Shown: piece by piece, positions 40,423-49,823 of the stretch
Position numbering within the stretch: position 1 is the stretch's first letter
Layout of the letters: every line of letters begins with the position of its first letter
Sequence record: SRR22947727_1880
Direction: 5' to 3' (one strand)
DNA: 63,298 nt
Position numbers and translations under genes: made by a program
Notes under the pieces: generated by a model
The model's database searches: none
The model's input: only the letters and a program-made list of their open reading frames with translations
Told to the model about the DNA's origin: nothing

Positions 40423-40482
40423 AGCCCCAGTCTACGAGGCACAAGCTCGGGAGAATCTGGGTCCGGGCTAGACTCGACTCTC

Positions 40483-41826
40483 GTGAGCACCCGCACCCGC
40501 ATTGCCGACCTTGCCCAGACGACCGATGGCACCACCGTCACCGTAGGGGGGTTTGTCGACACGGTTCGTGACCAGAAGAAGGTTCAATTCATCATCCTTC
40601 GGGACGAATCCGGCAGCGCTCAACTCGTGAACCCCGCACTGCGTGAGGACGACCCTGAGGCAGCCGCATCACCAGAGCGCCGCACCCTCACGGATGCCAT
40701 TTCCGAACTGTCCGCCGGGACGTTTATTCGGGTGACCGGTGAGCTAAAGCTCGATGAGCGCGTGAAGCTGGGTGGCCTGGAAGTCAAAATCCACACCCTC
40801 GAGGTGACCGGAGCTGCCGAGCCCGAGCCCCCCATCGCCGAGGACTCGAGTGTGGATAAGCGCATGGATTGGCGCTTCCTTGATTTGCGCAGACCATCGG
40901 CGAACCTCATCTTCCGCGCCCAAACAGCGTTTGAGCACGGAATGCGCTCCTGGTGGGTGGACAACAACTGGATTGAAATCCACACCCCGAAGTTCATGGC
41001 CAGCGCCAGCGAATCTCGCGCCGAACTTTTCGAGGTCGGCTATTTCGACACCACCGCTTACCTGGCGCAAAGCCCTCAGTTCTTCAAACAGATGGCTCAA
41101 CCCGCAGGTTTCGGTGCAGTGTTCGAAATCGCCCCTGCATTCCGGGCCGACCCCTCCTTCACTGCCCGTCACGCGACTGAGTTCACCAGTGTGGACGCGG
41201 AAATGAGCTGGGTGGAGTCTCACCACGACGTGATGGCCATGCACGAGCAGGTTCTTGTCGCAGGTATCACTGCTGTGGTGGAGAAGTACGGGACCCAAAT
41301 TGCTGAGGTCATGGGTGTGGAGCTCTCAGTGCCCAGCACTCCCTTCCCCCGTGTAACACTGCAGGAAGCCAGGGAGATTGTGGCGGCTGGCGGCTATGAC
41401 ATTCCTCGCGCTGATGGGGATCTCGACCCCGAGGCGGAGCGGAGACTCTCCGCCTACATCGAGGAAACCCACGGTCACCCGTTCGTCTTCGTCACCGACT
41501 ACGACACCAGCATCCGGCCGTTCTACCACATGCGTCACGCGGACAACGATGCGCTCACGAAGTCCTACGACCTTCTCTTCCGGGGAACAGAGATCTCCAC
41601 CGGAGCTCAGCGCGAGCACCGCATTGACATCCTCGAGGCACAGGCCAAGGACAAGGGAATGCACCTGGATGAGCTCCAAAGCTACTTTGACTTCTTCCGC
41701 CACGGTGTCCCACCCCACGGTGGGTTCGGGATGGGGCTTGCCCGCGTGATGATGTTGATGCTGGAGCAATCCAGTATTCGAGAGACCACGTTCCTCTTCA
41801 GAGGACCTAACCGACTTCTGCCCTAG
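40483..41826 (+). CDS. aspS: Aspartyl-tRNA synthetase, short archaeal-like (likely non-discriminating) type
   Basis: OB-fold N-terminus, RFLDLR, YLAQSPQFFKQ, FRAD, GAQRE and PPHGGFGMGLAR. About 447 aa with no GAD insert. Confidence 0.92.
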   Translation: MSTRTRIADLAQTTDGTTVTVGGFVDTVRDQKKVQFIILRDESGSAQLVNPALREDDPEAAASPERRTLTDAISELSAGTFIRVTGELKLDERVKLGGLEVKIHTLEVTGAAEPEPPIAEDSSVDKRMDWRFLDLRRPSANLIFRAQTAFEHGMRSWWVDNNWIEIHTPKFMASASESRAELFEVGYFDTTAYLAQSPQFFKQMAQPAGFGAVFEIAPAFRADPSFTARHATEFTSVDAEMSWVESHHDVMAMHEQVLVAGITAVVEKYGTQIAEVMGVELSVPSTPFPRVTLQEAREIVAAGGYDIPRADGDLDPEAERRLSAYIEETHGHPFVFVTDYDTSIRPFYHMRHADNDALTKSYDLLFRGTEISTGAQREHRIDILEAQAKDKGMHLDELQSYFDFFRHGVPPHGGFGMGLARVMMLMLEQSSIRETTFLFRGPNRLLP

Positions 41827-42109
41827 GGATTTCGTGAATAGACCACCCGAGAGTCGTCTCGAGGGTGCGGGTGACCTGAGCGGCAACCTCTCGAAGCACT
41901 GAATCCTCCGCGTGGTGAAGATCCAGTGTGAGCGGAAGATCCTCCCCAAACTTTGGGATTTCAATACTCACCACAACCCCCTGGTCAAGCGGGAGTGTGA
42001 CATCGCTGGGGTCATCGATGTTCCACGGAGTATCCAGCGCGTCCTCCAACACAGCGAGAGCTTCCGCTTTGGAGAGGAATACTGAGGTCACTAACGTCAC
42101 CGTCGGCAT
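41807..42109 (-). CDS. Hypothetical protein (100 aa)
   Basis: ATG overlaps the DUF2256 stop (TGATG). Plausible composition, with segment SIEIPKFGEDLPLTLD. Confidence 0.65.
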   Translation of the reverse strand: MPTVTLVTSVFLSKAEALAVLEDALDTPWNIDDPSDVTLPLDQGVVVSIEIPKFGEDLPLTLDLHHAEDSVLREVAAQVTRTLETTLGWSIHEIPRAEVG

Positions 42110-42258
42110 CAGGACGTCCCCCCTCGTCGACACTTCTCCGAACAGTAGAGAACCTGGTCCCAGTTCCTCGCCCACTTTTTGCGCCACTCAAACGGCAAAC
42201 CGCAGCGAGCACAGGTTTTCGGCTCAAACCCGTTCTTCGTCAGTGCGGTGCGGGGCAT
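42109..42258 (-). CDS. DUF2256 domain small protein
   Basis: [32 protein letters not shown] signature. TACACT lies 7 nt before ATG. Confidence 0.9.
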   Translation of the reverse strand: MPRTALTKNGFEPKTCARCGLPFEWRKKWARNWDQVLYCSEKCRRGGTS

Positions 42259-42322
42259 GGCCCTCAGTGTAGGCAGTAGCGCTGAAACACCCCTGACACA
42301 TGGCCAGGGGTACTGTGTTTCT

Positions 42323-43972
42323 ATGGCAGACCTCTTCGAGGGGTATGGAGACCCACGAGTCTTCCCTGGCACAGCTGCGCCTTATGACGAAATGTTTGCC
42401 ACCGCGGCTACTCCTCGAGGCCCCTATGAGATGGTCCATGAAGCTCTCTCGCGGATGTCTCGAGATGAGCTTCGGGGTCGAACCGATGCGCTCGCAAGCT
42501 CATACCTCGCCCAGGGGGTGACCTTCGACTTCGCCGGCGAAGAGAGACCGTTCCCCCTCGACGCTGTCCCCCGCGTTATTTCTCAGGGAGAGTGGGCGGG
42601 CCTGGAGGCGGGTATCCAGCAGCGAGTCCGCGCCCTGGAGGCCTTCCTCGCGGACATTTATGGCGCCAAGTCAGCCATCCGGGATCGTGTCATCCCTGCC
42701 AGTGTGATTACGTCGTCGGAACATTTCCTGCGCGCTGCACACAACGTGGTGGCCGCCAACCAAGTGCGCATTCAAGTCTCTGGCATTGATCTGATTCGCG
42801 ACGAAGCCGGAGTGTGGCGGGTCTTGGAGGACAACGTCCGGGTTCCGAGCGGTGTGAGCTATGTGATCTCCAACCGGCGTGTGATGGCGCAAACCCTTCC
42901 CGAGCTGTTCGTGAGCATGCGCGTGAGGCCAGTCGGGGATTACCCCTTCCAACTGCTGCAAGCGCTGCGTGCTGCCGCGCCCAATGGTGTCGAGGACCCC
43001 ACAATCGTGGTTCTCACCCCTGGCGTGTATAACTCTGCCTACTTTGAACACACCCTGCTCGCTCGCCTGATGGGCGTTGAACTGGTCGAGGGTCGCGACC
43101 TCTTCTGTTCTGGTGGTCGGGTGTGGATGAGGACAACCGCTGGGCCCACACGAGTCGATGTCATCTATCGACGAGTCGATGATGAGTTCCTTGATCCTCT
43201 TGAGTTCCGCGTTGATTCTTTGCTCGGCGCCCCGGGCCTGATGTTGGCGGCCCGGCTGGGTAACGTCACGATAGCTAACGCGGTCGGGAACGGGGTCGCC
43301 GATGACAAGCTCGTTTATACCTATGTCCCCGACCTCATCCGCTACTACCTTGCGGAAGAACCACTTCTGCCAAACGTTGACACCTGGCGGCTCGAAGAGC
43401 CCGAGTCTCTCGAGGAGGTTTTGGATCGACTCGATGAGCTCGTGGTCAAACCCGTGGATGGCTCTGGCGGAAAAGGGCTCGTCGTGGGGCCGGCTGCGAG
43501 CAAAAAGAAACTGGCCGAGCTGAAGAAATCCCTGGTCGGTGATCCTCGCGGTTGGATTGCTCAAGATGTGGTGGCGTTCTCCACCATCCCCACCTTGGTG
43601 GACGAGGGGCTTCGTCCTCGTCACGCCGATTTGCGACCGTTTGCGGTCAACGACGGTCGAGACGTGTGGGTGCTCCCGGGTGGACTCACTCGAGTAGCAC
43701 TGCCCGAGGGTGAGCTCGTCGTGAATAGCTCCCAAGGTGGCGGGTCCAAAGACACCTGGGTTTTGGGGGGTCGGGTGTCGGCAGCCACCGAACACGACGT
43801 CAAGGCCATTGTCATGGAACAAGCGACCGTAACCCAGGCGATTCCCATCATCACTGCAGCTCAACTGGCCGCGTATGACTCGCATCCCACAACTCCGCAA
43901 CACTCTCCTGCGGAGGATGACGCGCGCCGAGATCAACAGCAGCAGCAGCAACAACAAGGGGCAGGTGCATGA
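42323..43972 (+). CDS. Circularly permuted type 2 ATP-grasp protein with poly-Gln tail
   Basis: [60 protein letters not shown]. Confidence 0.93.
   Translation: MADLFEGYGDPRVFPGTAAPYDEMFATAATPRGPYEMVHEALSRMSRDELRGRTDALASSYLAQGVTFDFAGEERPFPLDAVPRVISQGEWAGLEAGIQQRVRALEAFLADIYGAKSAIRDRVIPASVITSSEHFLRAAHNVVAANQVRIQVSGIDLIRDEAGVWRVLEDNVRVPSGVSYVISNRRVMAQTLPELFVSMRVRPVGDYPFQLLQALRAAAPNGVEDPTIVVLTPGVYNSAYFEHTLLARLMGVELVEGRDLFCSGGRVWMRTTAGPTRVDVIYRRVDDEFLDPLEFRVDSLLGAPGLMLAARLGNVTIANAVGNGVADDKLVYTYVPDLIRYYLAEEPLLPNVDTWRLEEPESLEEVLDRLDELVVKPVDGSGGKGLVVGPAASKKKLAELKKSLVGDPRGWIAQDVVAFSTIPTLVDEGLRPRHADLRPFAVNDGRDVWVLPGGLTRVALPEGELVVNSSQGGGSKDTWVLGGRVSAATEHDVKAIVMEQATVTQAIPIITAAQLAAYDSHPTTPQHSPAEDDARRDQQQQQQQQGAGA
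43934..43957 (+). repeat. (CAR)8 poly-glutamine tract
   Basis: CAA CAG CAG CAG CAG CAA CAA CAA, in frame. Confidence 0.9.
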
Positions 43973-44901
43973 TGCTCAGTCGAATAGCGGAGAGCCTCTT
44001 CTGGATTGGCCGCTACGTGGAGAGAGCGGATGGCACCGCTCGAATCCTTGACGTTCACCTGCAGTTACTTCTCGAGGACCCCTGGGTGGAAGAGGACGTG
44101 GCCTGTCGAGCACTCCTAGGCGTAATGGGCTCCCACGCCGAGGATGATTCACCGGTCACTCGCTCGGATCTCCTTATTACTTTGGGGGTCGATCGTGAGT
44201 CACCCGCCTCTATCGCGTATTGCCTCGATCAGGCGCGGGAGAACGCCCGGCGAGCCCGGGAAGTCGTCTCCACCGAGTTGTGGGAAGTACTCAACACGAC
44301 ACGCTCGAGAGTGCCCCGCAAAGTTGCCCCCGACAAGGTCCACGAATTCTTCGCCTGGGTTCGAGAGCGCAGCGCTCTCGCTGTCGGCACGGTCGACTCT
44401 TCCACGAGTCGGGACGAAGCCTGGTCCTTCTTCACTTTGGGTCGGAGTCTTGAGCGTGTCGACATGACCGCCAGACTTCTCTCGACCTCTGCCTTGGTCG
44501 AGGCTGGTGGTCCTTCCTGGACCACGATCTTGCGCTCCTGCGGGGGCTACGAGGCATACCTGCGGACCTACCGGGGGATGCCTTCGGCAGAAAATGCCGC
44601 AGAGTTCCTGATTCTTGACCGACTCTTCCCCCGGTCGATCCTGTTTTCGCTCATCCGGGCGGAGAAGTGCCTACACGACATTGAACCCCGCTCCGACCGA
44701 GCTGGGGTCAGCGATCAAGCCTTGCGAGTCCTCGGTCAGATTCGCTCCGATCTCGAGTTTTCTCCCATCACGCGCATCATTAGCAACCTGACCGAGAATA
44801 TGGACTCCATTCAGGCGGGGGTGTCCGATGTGAGCGAAGGAATCCGCCAGCGGTATTTCCCTGTCCTGCAGGCTCCCATCTGGGTACGGGAGGACGCATG
44901 A
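43969..44901 (+). CDS. Alpha-E domain protein
   Basis: [41 protein letters not shown]. Confidence 0.93.
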   Translation: MMLSRIAESLFWIGRYVERADGTARILDVHLQLLLEDPWVEEDVACRALLGVMGSHAEDDSPVTRSDLLITLGVDRESPASIAYCLDQARENARRAREVVSTELWEVLNTTRSRVPRKVAPDKVHEFFAWVRERSALAVGTVDSSTSRDEAWSFFTLGRSLERVDMTARLLSTSALVEAGGPSWTTILRSCGGYEAYLRTYRGMPSAENAAEFLILDRLFPRSILFSLIRAEKCLHDIEPRSDRAGVSDQALRVLGQIRSDLEFSPITRIISNLTENMDSIQAGVSDVSEGIRQRYFPVLQAPIWVREDA

Positions 44902-45743
44902 CTCGGTTGCGCATCAAACACACCACGTCTTTCCGCTACGAAGCGGAGGTGCAAGCGTCCTACAACGAGGCTCGTATGCGGCCCGACATGAGTGATCGAC
45001 AGTTCCTTCTGTCCTCGCAGATGGTGATTACTCCCCTCTCGAGCCAGCACCAATTCACCGACTATTGGGGAACCAGGGTCACCTCGATGGAGATTCTCAC
45101 TCCTCATCAGGAGCTTTCCCTGGTTGCGGAGAGCTTGGTGGAGATCAATCCGCGACCTGTGACCTCCGAGGTTCTGGAGTGGGGTGAGCTCAAAGAGGCG
45201 CCGCTGTCCTCAGCAGAGCTGACCGAGCTCCTCACACTGACCCCTCTGACCAAACCACCCAAGGATGTCATCAAGGGTGCCCACAAAATTGCGGCAGCTT
45301 CGGAAACTCCCGATCATGCCGCGCGAGAAATCTGCGAGTGGATCAACGACGAAATGTCGTACGTTCCCGGAGTGACCGCTGTCCACTCCAGTGCTTCTGA
45401 AGCGTGGAAGGACAAGCAGGGTGTGTGCCAGGACATTTCTCACATCGCCCTGGGCGCCCTGCGCAGTGCGGGAATTCCCGCCCGATACGTCAGTGGTTAC
45501 CTGCATCCCGTTGCGGACGCCGGCATCGGTGATGTGGTCGAAGGCGAATCGCACGCCTGGGTGGAATGGTGGTCCGGCGGGTTCCGCGGTTTTGACCCCA
45601 CCAACCGCAGAGAAGTGGGCGATCGCCACGTCATCGTAGGACGAGGCCGCGACTACACCGATGTCCCCCCACTACGAGGCGTGTATGACGGTCCCCCTAC
45701 CTCTGACCACCAGGTGCGCGTGGAGCTAAGCCTCGAGTACTAA
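44898..45743 (+). CDS. Transglutaminase family protein
   Basis: GVCQD, PARYVSGYL, HAWVE, DPTN, GRDYTDVPP (Cys-His-Asp triad). Confidence 0.93.
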   Translation: MTRLRIKHTTSFRYEAEVQASYNEARMRPDMSDRQFLLSSQMVITPLSSQHQFTDYWGTRVTSMEILTPHQELSLVAESLVEINPRPVTSEVLEWGELKEAPLSSAELTELLTLTPLTKPPKDVIKGAHKIAAASETPDHAAREICEWINDEMSYVPGVTAVHSSASEAWKDKQGVCQDISHIALGALRSAGIPARYVSGYLHPVADAGIGDVVEGESHAWVEWWSGGFRGFDPTNRREVGDRHVIVGRGRDYTDVPPLRGVYDGPPTSDHQVRVELSLEY

Positions 45744-46129
45744 GTAGTGCGTGCATGAATTGCGTCGTGAAAGTACTGAGCTAGACCTTCACGACGTGAT
45801 TCGTAGAACGCCCTAAAACGCTCGTCCGTGACATAGAGCGTGGCGAGCTGCTTGTGCATCTCTGGTGTGCACTCGAAATACCAGCGGGAAATCACGTGAC
45901 GACAGTGATCTGCGGCAACAATGGCCTCCATGCTCGTCGGAGGGAGCCCCCTATCCATGACGTCAAGGATTCCCTGAAGGGCTTCCTCTTGGGCAGCCTG
46001 AGCGTTCTTTTTCTCCACCGTGGAGTAGGAGGCAAGCCTCTTTTGGGACTCCTGAAACGCTTCCGTTGCGCCCCAGCGCTCCCGCGCTTCCGCCTCATGC
46101 TGGGCGGTCAGGTCCTCTGGCTCACTCAT
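45740..46129 (-). CDS. Stand-alone TipAS antibiotic-recognition domain protein
   Basis: EARERWG.TEAF.ES and YFECTPEMH..LATLYVTDERF...GLAQY..DAI. Confidence 0.85.
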   Translation of the reverse strand: MSEPEDLTAQHEAEARERWGATEAFQESQKRLASYSTVEKKNAQAAQEEALQGILDVMDRGLPPTSMEAIVAADHCRHVISRWYFECTPEMHKQLATLYVTDERFRAFYESRREGLAQYFHDAIHARTT

Positions 46130-46139
46130 CCGAGACAGG

Positions 46140-46964
46140 TTACCGGGAACTAATTGACTGGAACTTCTTAATCGAGAGCGGAACAAAGATGGCCAGCATG
46201 ATCGCCATCCCCAGCAACACCGTCAGGATCGGGTTTTGGCTAGTCCAGGCATCCCCCACCGGGGTGCCCGGGGCCGTATTCCCAAAGAGCTCCCTGGCTG
46301 CTTGCACCAGTGCCGACACCGGGTTCCACTCCGCAAACACCCGAAGGGGTGTGGGGAGGGTCTCGGAGGGAACGAAAGCATTGGAGATGAAGGTCAGGGG
46401 GAAGAGCACCAGGAACGAGACGTTGTTGATGATCTCTGGGCTTCTCACACTCATGCCGATATAAGCCATCACCCAGGAGAACGAGTAGGCGAAGAGTAAT
46501 AACAACACCACCGCAAGGACGGCTTCGAAGAAGCTGGATCGAATCCGCCACCCGACGATAAAGCCCGTGACCATCATGACGACCATGGAGCTTGCGTTAA
46601 TAAACATGTCGCCATTGGTGCGACCCACCAGCACGGCCGCTGGGCTCATCGGCAGCGTTCTAAACCTGTCGATGATGCCATCCTTCAAGTCTTGCGCCAT
46701 CGCGGACCCGGAGTAAGTGGATCCAAAGACCACGGTTTGGGCGAAAATTCCCGCCATCAAGAACTCCGCATAGGAGCTACCGGGAATCTCGATCACGCCG
46801 CCATAGACATAGGTGAAGAGGAGCACAAACATGATCGGCTGGATGAGCGTGAACACCAGAATGTCGGGGACGCGCTTGATTTTCAGCAAGTTCCGCTTGG
46901 TGGTCACCCAGCCATCGGAGAGAAATCTGCTCACCGGGGTTCCCCGTGGGGTCAACATGGTCAC
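46140..46964 (-). CDS. ABC-2 type permease (DrrB-like)
   Basis: QPIMFVLLF, GIIDRFRTLP, SNAFVP, WNPVS. Confidence 0.92.
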   Translation of the reverse strand: MTMLTPRGTPVSRFLSDGWVTTKRNLLKIKRVPDILVFTLIQPIMFVLLFTYVYGGVIEIPGSSYAEFLMAGIFAQTVVFGSTYSGSAMAQDLKDGIIDRFRTLPMSPAAVLVGRTNGDMFINASSMVVMMVTGFIVGWRIRSSFFEAVLAVVLLLLFAYSFSWVMAYIGMSVRSPEIINNVSFLVLFPLTFISNAFVPSETLPTPLRVFAEWNPVSALVQAARELFGNTAPGTPVGDAWTSQNPILTVLLGMAIMLAIFVPLSIKKFQSISSR

Positions 46965-47929
46965 GCGGTGACCTCCTCTGCCTTGTGTCCGGTGAGTTGC
47001 AGGAACACATCATCCAGAGTGGGCCTGCGCATTCCAGCATCGTTGAGCTCAATGCCGGCATCAGCCATAGCTTTCAGTACGGCCTGCAGGGACTTAGCTG
47101 CGTTGTCGACCGGTCCCACCAGTGTTCTTTCGTCCGCTCCTGTCACGATGTCGCCGGTGACAAGCGGAGCGAGAACACTCATTGCGCGCTCGACATCGGC
47201 AACATCGTGAACGGTGACCTCGACGCGCTGTCCTCCCACGAGGAGTTTCAGCTCGTCGCTGGTTCCCTGAGCAATAACACGGCCCTCGTCGATGACGGCA
47301 ATGTTGTCAGCGAGCTGGTCCGCTTCCTCCAAGTATTGGGTGGTGAGCAACACGGTCGTGCCATCAGAGACTAAGCGCTTGATGACGTCCCAGAGTGCCA
47401 AGCGGCTCCTTGGGTCAAGACCGGTGGTGGGCTCATCCAGGAACAACACCGGGGGGTTCACCACCAGCGCGCCAGCCAAGTCAATACGGCGTCGCATACC
47501 GCCGGAGAATCCTTTGACGGGGCGATCACCCGCCTCCACCAGGTCAAACATCTCAATCAGTTCGCGAGCTCGTTTCCGAGATTCATCCGGAGTGAGGTGA
47601 TAGAGCCTGCCGACCATGTCGAGGTTTTCAAACCCGGTCATGTTCTCGTCAACGGCGGCGTATTGACCGCTCACCCCGATCATCCGGCGAACCTGGTCAG
47701 GTTGCTCGATGACATTGACTCCGCCGATCGTGGCGGAACCCGAGTCTGGCTTCGTCAGAGTGGTCAAAACCTTGACGGTGGTGGTTTTCCCGGCACCGTT
47801 AGGACCCAAAAGAGCCTGCACAGTGCCGCGAGGAACACTGAGGGACAAATCATCGAGAGCCTTCACGACTCGTTTGCCGGCGGTGTAGGTCTTGACCAGG
47901 TTGGTGGCCTGAATGAACGGTTCTGTCAC
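46961..47929 (-). CDS. ABC ATP-binding protein (DrrA-like)
   Basis: GPNGAGKTT, FSGGMRRR, LDEPTTGLDP, LTTQYLEEAD, LDDVFL.LTG. Confidence 0.93.
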   Translation of the reverse strand: MTEPFIQATNLVKTYTAGKRVVKALDDLSLSVPRGTVQALLGPNGAGKTTTVKVLTTLTKPDSGSATIGGVNVIEQPDQVRRMIGVSGQYAAVDENMTGFENLDMVGRLYHLTPDESRKRARELIEMFDLVEAGDRPVKGFSGGMRRRIDLAGALVVNPPVLFLDEPTTGLDPRSRLALWDVIKRLVSDGTTVLLTTQYLEEADQLADNIAVIDEGRVIAQGTSDELKLLVGGQRVEVTVHDVADVERAMSVLAPLVTGDIVTGADERTLVGPVDNAAKSLQAVLKAMADAGIELNDAGMRRPTLDDVFLQLTGHKAEEVTA

Positions 47930-48012
47930 AATCAACTTTCCTCTGCTGGAGCTCGCTTAGAGTAGCGGACATACCCCAGCGCCATCTGAACTCCAGAGGA
48001 ATCGCATAACTC

Positions 48013-48723
48013 GTGTCCACACCTCGTATTGGCCTATCGACCTATCGAACTCCCGGTCAGATGACCATCTATGACACCGAGCTAGCGGTGTTGCCCGCTC
48101 AATACATCGAAGCCGTCACTCGTGCGGGTGGCCTGGCCGTGATGTTTCCCCCGCAACCCCTCACCCCTGATCAGGCGAGATCTCTCCTCCAGGGACTTGA
48201 TGGTCTCATCATTACCGGCGGTGCCGATATCAACCCGGCGCGCTATGGCCAAGAGAAGGGCCCCCACACCCAAGACTCTGAAGATCTCCGCGATGCACTC
48301 GAGGACACGCTCCTCGGGGCGGCCCGCGCACTGGGAATGCCGATTCTCGGCATTTGCCGGGGCGCCCAGATGCTGAACGTGCACCTCGGGGGGACCCTCC
48401 ACCAGCACCTCCCCGACGTGGTGGGACATGACCGATATCGGGTGGGCGATGGGGTTTTTCATCCAGAACCCATGTCGATCACCGAGGGCAGCCTGCTCCA
48501 TCAGATTCTCGGTGAGAGTGAAGTCCCCGGACACGTCTATCACCACCAAGCCATCGACCAGGTGGCACCGGGGCTCACCGTCACCGCCAGAGGCTTCGAT
48601 GGCACTATTCAGGGCATCGAAATGACGGACTATCCCTTTGGATTAGCCGTTCAGTGGCACCCTGAAGAGAACCTGGATGATGTGCGCATCATCCAGGGCC
48701 TCATCTCTCACCTCACGCAGTAG
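48013..48723 (+). CDS. Gamma-glutamyl-GABA hydrolase family (peptidase C26, PuuD-like)
   Basis: GGADINP, LGICRGAQ, HHQAI, VQWHPE. Confidence 0.9.
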   Translation: MSTPRIGLSTYRTPGQMTIYDTELAVLPAQYIEAVTRAGGLAVMFPPQPLTPDQARSLLQGLDGLIITGGADINPARYGQEKGPHTQDSEDLRDALEDTLLGAARALGMPILGICRGAQMLNVHLGGTLHQHLPDVVGHDRYRVGDGVFHPEPMSITEGSLLHQILGESEVPGHVYHHQAIDQVAPGLTVTARGFDGTIQGIEMTDYPFGLAVQWHPEENLDDVRIIQGLISHLTQ

Positions 48724-49762
48724 TGAAAGTGCTGCCGTCAATCACGAAGCGGTAGCGAACATCGCTCTCGACCACGCGGTCCCACGCCTCATTCAGGTAG
48801 TCAGCCTTGATGACCTCAACATCGGACACGATGTTGTGTTCCCCAGCGAAGTCCAGCATTTCCTGCAGTTGAGCCACCGGCCCAATCATGCTTCCCGCAA
48901 TACGGCGACGCTGAGCGAGCATCGTGGGAGCCTTGATCGGGTAGGGCTCTGGCGCCAAGCCCACCATGACAAGAGTGGAGTCGAGACCGAGGAGTTCCAG
49001 ATACAGATTCAAGTCAATAGGTGCTGAGACCGTATTGATGATCAGATCGAACTGCTGCTTGTGCGTCTCAAACACCGATTCATCGGTGGTGAGAATGAAG
49101 CCATCAGCACCCATCGCTAGGGCGTCCTCTTTCTTGGACGCCGAGTGGGAGAAGACGGTGAGGTGAGCACCGAGGGCCTTCGCGAACTTCACGCCCATGT
49201 GTCCCAGGCCTCCGAGACCGATGATGCCGACCCTCTTGCCGGGTCCAGCACCCCACTCTTTAAGCGGAGAGTAGAGGGTGATTCCCGCGCAGAGCAGAGG
49301 TGCTGCACCTGCTGGGTCGAGGGATTCAGGAACGCTCACCACATATCCGTGGTCCACCACAATTCCGCTGGCGTAGCCGCCGAGGGTGTACCCATCGCCC
49401 TCGCGCTCGGGGACGTTGTAAGTCCCAATCATTCCTTTAGCGCAGTAGTTGCTCATGCCGCCGACGCACTGGTCACACTCGCGACACGAGTCGACATAGA
49501 CCCCAACGCCGACTCTCTGACCTACCGAAAATTTGGTGACGTCTGCACCCACCTCGACGACACGGCCCACGATTTCGTGACCGGGAACACAGGGAAACAG
49601 GACCTCTCCCCATTCACTTCGCCCCGTGTGGATATCCGAGTGACACACACCTGACCACTCAATCGAGACGGCAACGTCCGCGGGACCAACATCTCTGGTG
49701 GAAAATTCGAGAGGTGCAAGTTTCTCTCGTTCACCGTGCACTGCATAACCAATTACGTCCAT
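48713..49762 (-). CDS. Zn-dependent NADP alcohol dehydrogenase (CAD family)
   Basis: GVCHSD, PGHEIVG, CxxCxxC..C, PLLCAGIT, GLGGLGH, YRFVID. Confidence 0.95.
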   Translation of the reverse strand: MDVIGYAVHGEREKLAPLEFSTRDVGPADVAVSIEWSGVCHSDIHTGRSEWGEVLFPCVPGHEIVGRVVEVGADVTKFSVGQRVGVGVYVDSCRECDQCVGGMSNYCAKGMIGTYNVPEREGDGYTLGGYASGIVVDHGYVVSVPESLDPAGAAPLLCAGITLYSPLKEWGAGPGKRVGIIGLGGLGHMGVKFAKALGAHLTVFSHSASKKEDALAMGADGFILTTDESVFETHKQQFDLIINTVSAPIDLNLYLELLGLDSTLVMVGLAPEPYPIKAPTMLAQRRRIAGSMIGPVAQLQEMLDFAGEHNIVSDVEVIKADYLNEAWDRVVESDVRYRFVIDGSTFTTA

Positions 49763-49823
49763 GATGGGGTCCTTTCGAGGCCTGAGTCCCACCATTGTGC
49801 CCCACTCCTCCTAGGCTTGCCTG

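Noticed and set aside
42671-43957. 428-aa antisense ORF, and similar long antisense ORFs (22091-22975, 25111-25845, 32703-33641, 52780-53622)
   Set aside because: These are shadow frames of well-supported genes, expected from high-GC codon bias, and show no motifs.
43934-43957. CAG/CAA tract as a phase-variation SSR
   Set aside because: It is a trinucleotide tract with mixed codons at the extreme C-terminus, so slippage would not shift the frame.
47938-48001. Imperfect inverted repeat (TTCCTCTG...CAGAGGAA) spanning the drrA/puuD-like intergenic region as an attenuator
   Set aside because: The arms are short and far apart, with no leader peptide or U-tract. Support is insufficient.
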